A stretch of DNA of 53,834 nucleotides, from contig JABHAL010000013.1 of assembly GCA_018674305.1 (NCBI GenBank), positions 74,553 to 128,386 on the forward strand, in the 5' to 3' direction. This document shows positions 49,306 through 53,834 of the stretch, piece after piece (within the stretch, counting starts at the first letter, position 1; every line of letters begins with the position of its first letter). This DNA comes from Candidatus Falkowbacteria bacterium (GTDB lineage: Bacteria; Patescibacteriota; Patescibacteriia; UBA11705; JABHMO01). Below the pieces are notes generated by a model. It saw only the letters and a list, made by a program, of their open reading frames with translations. It was not told where the DNA came from and searched no databases. Made by a program: the position numbers and the translations under genes.

Positions 49306-50937
49306 ATGTCTCAACAAGAAAACAATGTTTGTTGTCGAAATATAACGATCATAGCTCGCTATGTCCAACAAGTTTTGGGTAGTGACGTTTTGTTGTTGGA
49401 AAATTTACCATACTCAGTTGAATATTTAAAAGATGAACACAATTGGATTCCTTTGGAGGTTTACGGACAGATAATTCGGCGGGCAATAGAATTACTTAAA
49501 GATCCAGAAGCGCCATTCAAGATGGGTTTATCTGCTCAGGAGCTGGAGTCTTGGGGTGCATTTAAATATTTACAAAAAGTATTTGGTAGTGTGATTTTCG
49601 GGCCGATTGAAGTGTATAAACAGGTCGGAAAGTACAACGAGTTTTTCAATCGGACTAAAGATTTAATTGTTTGCAAAACAGGAAAAGACCATTGTTACAT
49701 AAAAGTTAAATTCAAAAATAATGTTAATGCGGTTAGTGATTATTTTAGTGATGCCTTTATCCGCGGTATTCTTTGCGGTGTGCCTAATATTTGGCATTTA
49801 CCACAGGCAGTGTTGCAAGAACCATTATTAGGATTTGAGCTCGAATATTTATTAAAAAAAATTGGCAAAGTCTCAGGTAAAAAAATTGAAGTTAAAGAAA
49901 ATGAATTTTATTTAGATGATCAATTAATTGCTCAAAAAGTTGTACTACTTTCTGAAACTGTAAAAGGTGAACCACTGTATATTGGTAAATATCGGGAGAT
50001 TCACAAGGGAGACAAGTTGGACACCTTCAAGTTTGGTTGGCGAATTTTGCATGATCAGGAAATTAATGAACAGTTGAGAATAAAAAGAGGACAGATTTAT
50101 AGCGCGCCATATTTTGTTTATAAACTTTCGTGGCAAACCCTTAGTTTCTGGCGCAAAATTTATCAGTTAACTGTGCACAGTTTTATTAGTAAGCGAGCTT
50201 ATCGTGAGGGCATTGAGTCGCAGTTAGCAACTATTCGTAATTATGTAGAAACTTTGGAGGACAAGGTTGTAGAGCGGACTAAGCAGTTAAATGAAGCACG
50301 TAAAGAGTCTGATTATTGGCGAACAGAAACTGAAAAACTTTTATATACAATGGTCCCGAAAAAAATCGCTGAACAAATGTTGTTGGGTAAGCTGGTGGCG
50401 GAAGAAATTGAAGGCTCTGTTGTTTTTACGGATTTGACCGGGTTCACTGAATTCAGTCGCAATTTGGAACCACAGCAAGTAAGTGATGTTTTGACTAAAT
50501 ATTTTACCAACATGAGTAATATTATTTCTAAACATGGTGGCTGGGTTAATAAGTTTATGGGTGACGGAATTTTAGTTTTGTTTGGATTGCACGGTCAGGG
50601 TAAACATGCCGAACGAGCGGTTCGGGCCTCTATTGAAATGCAACAAGCTATGGAAAATTATACTTGGCAAAAACGGATTGGTGTAGCAACAGGTAAATTC
50701 ATCACTGGTGAGTTTGGAACAGATCAACTTCGGAAGTTTGATTGTCTTGGTCATGTAGTAAATCTAGCCAGTCGTTTACAAAGTAATTCAGAGTCAGATG
50801 ACATTATGGTTTGTAATCGAACTTATAATACTTGCAAAGATGAATTTCAATTTTCTGAAACTATAAAAATATCACCCAAGGGAGTGGGGGATATTGAGGT
50901 TTATACTGTGAAGTATAAAGAAAAATTTTCAATTTAG
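49306..50937 (+). CDS. Class III adenylate/guanylate cyclase with a ~330-aa N-terminal sensor-like domain of unknown type
   Basis: Start set at the first ATG, 49306. A coiled-coil signalling helix is followed by VVFTDLTGFTEF, KFMGDGILVLFG and GHVVNLASRLQS. Confidence 0.85.
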   Translation: MSQQENNVCCRNITIIARYVQQVLGSDVLLLENLPYSVEYLKDEHNWIPLEVYGQIIRRAIELLKDPEAPFKMGLSAQELESWGAFKYLQKVFGSVIFGPIEVYKQVGKYNEFFNRTKDLIVCKTGKDHCYIKVKFKNNVNAVSDYFSDAFIRGILCGVPNIWHLPQAVLQEPLLGFELEYLLKKIGKVSGKKIEVKENEFYLDDQLIAQKVVLLSETVKGEPLYIGKYREIHKGDKLDTFKFGWRILHDQEINEQLRIKRGQIYSAPYFVYKLSWQTLSFWRKIYQLTVHSFISKRAYREGIESQLATIRNYVETLEDKVVERTKQLNEARKESDYWRTETEKLLYTMVPKKIAEQMLLGKLVAEEIEGSVVFTDLTGFTEFSRNLEPQQVSDVLTKYFTNMSNIISKHGGWVNKFMGDGILVLFGLHGQGKHAERAVRASIEMQQAMENYTWQKRIGVATGKFITGEFGTDQLRKFDCLGHVVNLASRLQSNSESDDIMVCNRTYNTCKDEFQFSETIKISPKGVGDIEVYTVKYKEKFSI

Positions 50938-51088
50938 AATTTTCAATTTTCAATAAATTTTTAGTTTTCAATTTACAATTTTGTATTTGTTTGAAAATTA
51001 GAATATTATAAATTTATTGAAAATTAGAAAATTGATAATTGCAAATTTTCATAATAGTAGCTAGAATTAGCTATTTTTTGTTTACATG

Positions 51089-51117
51089 TTGACAAATTAT
51101 AAAATTTGTGCTATAAT
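51089..51117 (+). promoter_or_regulatory. Consensus sigma70 promoter (TTGACA-17-TGcTATAAT)
   Basis: -35 at 51089-51094 and -10 at 51112-51117. The palindrome ACAAATT-ATAA-AATTTGT lies at 51092-51109. Confidence 0.7.
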
Positions 51118-51158
51118 ACAACTTCAATAACTGTTCATTTAACTTACAGGAGGTCAGC

Positions 51159-51437
51159 ATGACCAGAGAGCAAGTTGCATCTTTGATCCGCTGGCCCATG
51201 ATTATTTGGGCCTTTGGAATCATTAACGTTACGGCTATGTTGCCACAGTTGTGGCAGTTGATTCAGACGCAGGAAACCAAGGGGCTTTCTGTGGGGATGT
51301 TCTTCATTTATGGATTCATCCAGATCGCATTTGCGTTGGAAGGCTACTTCAAGCGCAACACTGTGCTCTCGGTTTGTATGACCTTGAGTGCAATGGTCAC
51401 GGCTGTAACTATTACTTTGTTTTATTACTTTCAATAG
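51159..51437 (+). CDS. SemiSWEET / PQ-loop three-TM transporter
   Basis: 92 aa with three hydrophobic helices and LPQLWQLIQTQETKGLS. AGGAGG lies 6 nt upstream. Confidence 0.6.
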   Translation: MTREQVASLIRWPMIIWAFGIINVTAMLPQLWQLIQTQETKGLSVGMFFIYGFIQIAFALEGYFKRNTVLSVCMTLSAMVTAVTITLFYYFQ

Positions 51438-51448
51438 AGAGGGATAAC

Positions 51449-51808
51449 ATGATTGGACTTTCTGTTTCATTCTGTGTTCGGGACATTGCCAAGGGCGAGG
51501 TTGCCTTGGCTGACGTAGACAAGATCATCGGCAGCACTCGTGCGGTAACTCCTGAGAATTGGGAGCAGGTGATCGCCCATTACAAGGAGACCTACTGGAG
51601 CTGGGATGATTGCACTCCAGAAAAGGGAGAGGCGGTCTTGCGTCAGTTGTTGGCCGAGGGCAAGATCGAACAGCCTCGTCTCCTGGACGATCGGAATTAC
51701 CCTTGGCTTGGGAATCGCAAGCACTGGGTGGACTCGGAGGACGAAATTCTCTGGGGGGAGATGAGCTCCGAGCGCTACGATCGATTGAAGGCTGAGGGAC
51801 GACTGTAG
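51449..51808 (+). CDS. Hypothetical protein (G+C-rich)
   Basis: Start set at ATG 51449 with GAGAGGG upstream. The track's 51251 start overlaps the SemiSWEET gene in another frame. No family recognised. Confidence 0.6.
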   Translation: MIGLSVSFCVRDIAKGEVALADVDKIIGSTRAVTPENWEQVIAHYKETYWSWDDCTPEKGEAVLRQLLAEGKIEQPRLLDDRNYPWLGNRKHWVDSEDEILWGEMSSERYDRLKAEGRL

Positions 51809-51820
51809 TTCAACTTTTGC

Positions 51821-51857
51821 CCGGCTGTACGCAATGCGTACAGCCGGTTTCTTTTTT
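51821..51857 (+). terminator. Intrinsic terminator
   Basis: A 12-bp perfect stem CCGGCTGTACGC-AAT-GCGTACAGCCGG followed by TTTCTTTTTT. Confidence 0.9.
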
Positions 51858-51942
51858 AAAAATTAAAAAGATCACTTTATGATCCTTTTTTATTTGGAGT
51901 TTGTTTAGGATTTAGAGTTTAGAGCTTAGAATTTAGTTGTTT

Positions 51943-53400
51943 TCAGGAAGCATCTAACATTACCTGCCAGTTATTTTCCACAGCGTGTTCAAGTAATTCG
52001 TGGTCTGGATTAACAGCACAAGGATGTTTAACTAAACTTAAAAATTGTAAATCAGAGTAACTGTCAGCATAAGCAAAACTTTTGTTTAAGTTAACACCTG
52101 TTCGTTTGGCAAATTTTGAAATAAGGTCAGCTTTTTTATCTTTGTAACATAAACATGGAGTTTCTCCAGTGTAACAATGATTAACCGTTTTTAGTTTTGT
52201 ATCTAGGCTGGCATTAGCCTTTATGAATCTCTTGAATTCCTTGGCCAGTGGATGAATTACTTCTGAAACCAAAATTATCGAATGACCAGCTTCGGCGTGA
52301 TCTTTTAAAATTGGGAAAAAGCCATATTGGACTTTGTGTAACATTTTCTTTTGAAAAGCTTCATGTACATAATGATCAAGCTCGGCCATGTCCCAACCAT
52401 TCAAAACCATTAATGATTGTTGCATCAAGTCTTTGTGAGGTAGGTGATGAGTTTTTTCCATAAATAGCCAATAGAAAATTTTAAAAGCTTCTTTGGCTTT
52501 AATCTTATGTAAATACATCAGGTAGGTAATAAGATCTTTTTGAGAAAGCCCCTCGTAAATAGTTCTATCAATATCTACAAACACACCAACGTTCTTTGGG
52601 TTCTGTTTATAAAGTGGTGGTAGATATCGGTGTGGTAAATGCTTCACAATTTGTTTTTCAATCTTGTCCCGCAAATTAAGAACTTTTGGCCGTTCAAATA
52701 GTTTAGCGTTCGGATCAGGTTTAATTGGTTTACCAAAGCTAAATAAAACAGTACCTGGGTGAAGACTACTTTCGTCTGGAAAAACCTGGTCTGCATTTAC
52801 TATGGAAACCGGGATGATTGGAGTGTGCGATTTTAGACTTATTCGAGCAGTACCAGTATGGAAATAATGTAGAACATGTAATTTTTCAATGTGACCTTCA
52901 GGAAAAATAATTAGACTGTGACCCATCTTCAAGTGATTAACTGCTAATTCAATTGCTTGATGTTTATTATTAGCTTTAGGATAGCTTTGAGCGTCAATCT
53001 GGTCGCGGATTACATCAATGGCCTCCATTTTTTTGACCCAGGTTTTCAAAATTGGGGGAAATGCCTGGTTGGGCATGGTGAATAATACTGTTTTGTGACC
53101 AAGTATAGCAAACAACATGAAGCCATCCATTTCACTGGCATGATTTGCTGCATAAATGTTTCCACCTTGAGTGTTTGTTTGTTTTGCTTGTTTTATTTTT
53201 AATTTAACACCATTAATATTGAAAGTAGATACCACAATCCAGTGGGCGACTTTTCGCCACAGATCTCCACGGGTAGCAGGCGCATAAAACTTTTCTAAAA
53301 TTAAAACAAAGGGTAACAAAACAAAAGTTAGCATTGCCAAATCAATTTTAAGCAAAGTCCCATGAAAACGGCCAAGTTTTTCATGCATTTTTTTAGTCAT
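51943..53400 (-). CDS. Fusion of a lysophospholipid acyltransferase (PlsC-like) and a HAD-family phosphatase
   Basis: The N-half has NHASEMDGF (HX4D) and IFPEGH. The C-half has VFVDIDRTIYEG (DxDxT) and ADSYSDLQFL. Confidence 0.7.
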   Translation of the reverse strand: MTKKMHEKLGRFHGTLLKIDLAMLTFVLLPFVLILEKFYAPATRGDLWRKVAHWIVVSTFNINGVKLKIKQAKQTNTQGGNIYAANHASEMDGFMLFAILGHKTVLFTMPNQAFPPILKTWVKKMEAIDVIRDQIDAQSYPKANNKHQAIELAVNHLKMGHSLIIFPEGHIEKLHVLHYFHTGTARISLKSHTPIIPVSIVNADQVFPDESSLHPGTVLFSFGKPIKPDPNAKLFERPKVLNLRDKIEKQIVKHLPHRYLPPLYKQNPKNVGVFVDIDRTIYEGLSQKDLITYLMYLHKIKAKEAFKIFYWLFMEKTHHLPHKDLMQQSLMVLNGWDMAELDHYVHEAFQKKMLHKVQYGFFPILKDHAEAGHSIILVSEVIHPLAKEFKRFIKANASLDTKLKTVNHCYTGETPCLCYKDKKADLISKFAKRTGVNLNKSFAYADSYSDLQFLSLVKHPCAVNPDHELLEHAVENNWQVMLDAS

Positions 53401-53511
53401 ACAATAAGTTAAAAGTTGAAAGGTAAAAGGTAAAAGTAATTACTTGAAACTGATGATTGAAAATATATTTTAGACTTTTACTTTTATTCATTATACATTT
53501 TTTTTAACATC

Positions 53512-53540
53512 TTGACAAAATGAAATACACATGTTAAATT
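53512..53540 (+). promoter_or_regulatory. Sigma70-type promoter (TTGACA-17-TGtTAAATT)
   Basis: -35 at 53512-53517 and -10 at 53535-53540. Confidence 0.55.
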
Positions 53541-53596
53541 TCTTTATCAACCGAATGTTCTTTAATTTTGCCTTAATGGCGTAACGGGAGAATAAA

Positions 53597-53770
53597 ATGA
53601 CAGAGCAGTTTAGCTTAGCAAGCTGGTGTCAGGCGGAAGTGGAAAAAGATAGACGTGCTTGGTGGCTGGTTTTCCTTGTCCTTCAGTTCTGTTTATTGGG
53701 TTTAATGATTGACAGTTTTTTCATTACCAACTTTGTGAGTGTAATGCAAAAGCAAATACATCCTGTGTAG
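53597..53770 (+). CDS. Small ORF of 57 aa with one TM helix, absent from the ORF track
   Basis: Encodes MTEQFSLASWCQAEVEKDRRAWWLVFLVLQFCLLGLMIDSFFITNFVSVMQKQIHPV. GGGAGA lies 6 nt upstream and the promoter about 55 nt upstream. Confidence 0.4.
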   Translation: MTEQFSLASWCQAEVEKDRRAWWLVFLVLQFCLLGLMIDSFFITNFVSVMQKQIHPV

Positions 53771-53834
53771 GGTCCCATTTTCTTTTTCATTAGTACTTTG
53801 ACTATAATGAGCATTATTGCTTTATTTGCAGTGG

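Noticed and set aside
1178-50754. Many 60-113-aa antisense or alternative-frame ORFs nested inside long genes. Examples are 1662..1847(-), 3516..3803(-), 7500..7694(+), 14709..14978(+), 25986..26327(-), 28869..29192(-), 40040..40351(-), 43825..44178(-) and 50313..50513(-).
   Set aside because: They lie fully within genes that carry recognisable motifs or long uninterrupted ORFs. Their translations are low-complexity and they lack independent start signals.
37201-50937. A Pycsar/CBASS-like defence pairing of the nucleotide cyclase with the cNMP-binding protein.
   Set aside because: The genes are about 11.5 kb apart, on opposite strands and in separate transcription units. The cNMP-binding protein lacks a TM, TIR or other killing effector domain, so no operon-level evidence supports the pairing.
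51251-51448. The 5' extension of track ORF 51251..51808 overlapping the SemiSWEET gene. Also ORFs 51144..51470(-), 51467..51724(-) and 51610..51795(+).
   Set aside because: High local G+C produces long alternative-frame ORFs. The SemiSWEET reading frame plus ATG 51449 with its SD gives a tidy non-overlapping model.
1-53834. Alternative genetic code (UGA recoding as in Gracilibacteria/SR1).
   Set aside because: All conserved genes (dnaE, thrS, murA, pyrG and others) are full length with the standard code, and TGA is used as a stop.

Overview
The window is AT-rich bacterial DNA that reads cleanly in the standard code, with no in-frame TGA problems in conserved genes. Gene content suggests an uncultivated Patescibacteria/CPR-like genome, but that is inference. 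Pointers are a DUF4012-like protein, many small or giant hypothetical proteins, an LCP wall-attachment enzyme, a type IV pilin-like protein, scattered dTDP-rhamnose genes and mostly Shine-Dalgarno-less starts. Recognisable housekeeping genes are dnaE, dtd-thrS, murA, an S41 C-terminal protease, rplI, pyrG and one tRNA-Gln(UUG). Envelope and sugar genes are rfbC, rfbB, an in-frame rfbD-rfbA fusion, a CDP-alcohol phosphatidyltransferase, a glycosyltransferase, LCP, an S8 protease with FG-GAP repeats and a PlsC-HAD fusion. No rRNA, CRISPR array or reverse transcriptase was seen. Candidates for something new, in my order of interest: (1) A promoter-to-terminator operon at 38.7-42.9 kb encodes an acidic protein, a DHH-motif protein, an HD-domain protein and a ligand-gated K+ channel. 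(2) The 3' end of tRNA-Gln plus its terminator is duplicated around a 130-nt GC-rich structured element, close to a REP-flanked RAYT/IS200-like transposase. (3) About ten G+C-richer, SD-bearing gene units, most monocistronic with their own consensus promoter and terminator, sit among SD-less native genes. (4) Two divergent Nudix-fold genes are each preceded by a covarying GAGAG-loop hairpin. (5) A three-gene operon ends in a 1577-aa protein with three 130-aa C-terminal repeats. (6) Two homologous GC-rich 5' leader elements carry G-quadruplex-type G-tracts. (7) A 390-nt leader with a T-box-like GGGTGGAACCG lies upstream of dtd-thrS. All G+C statements are by eye. All family names come from remembered motifs, not from searches.
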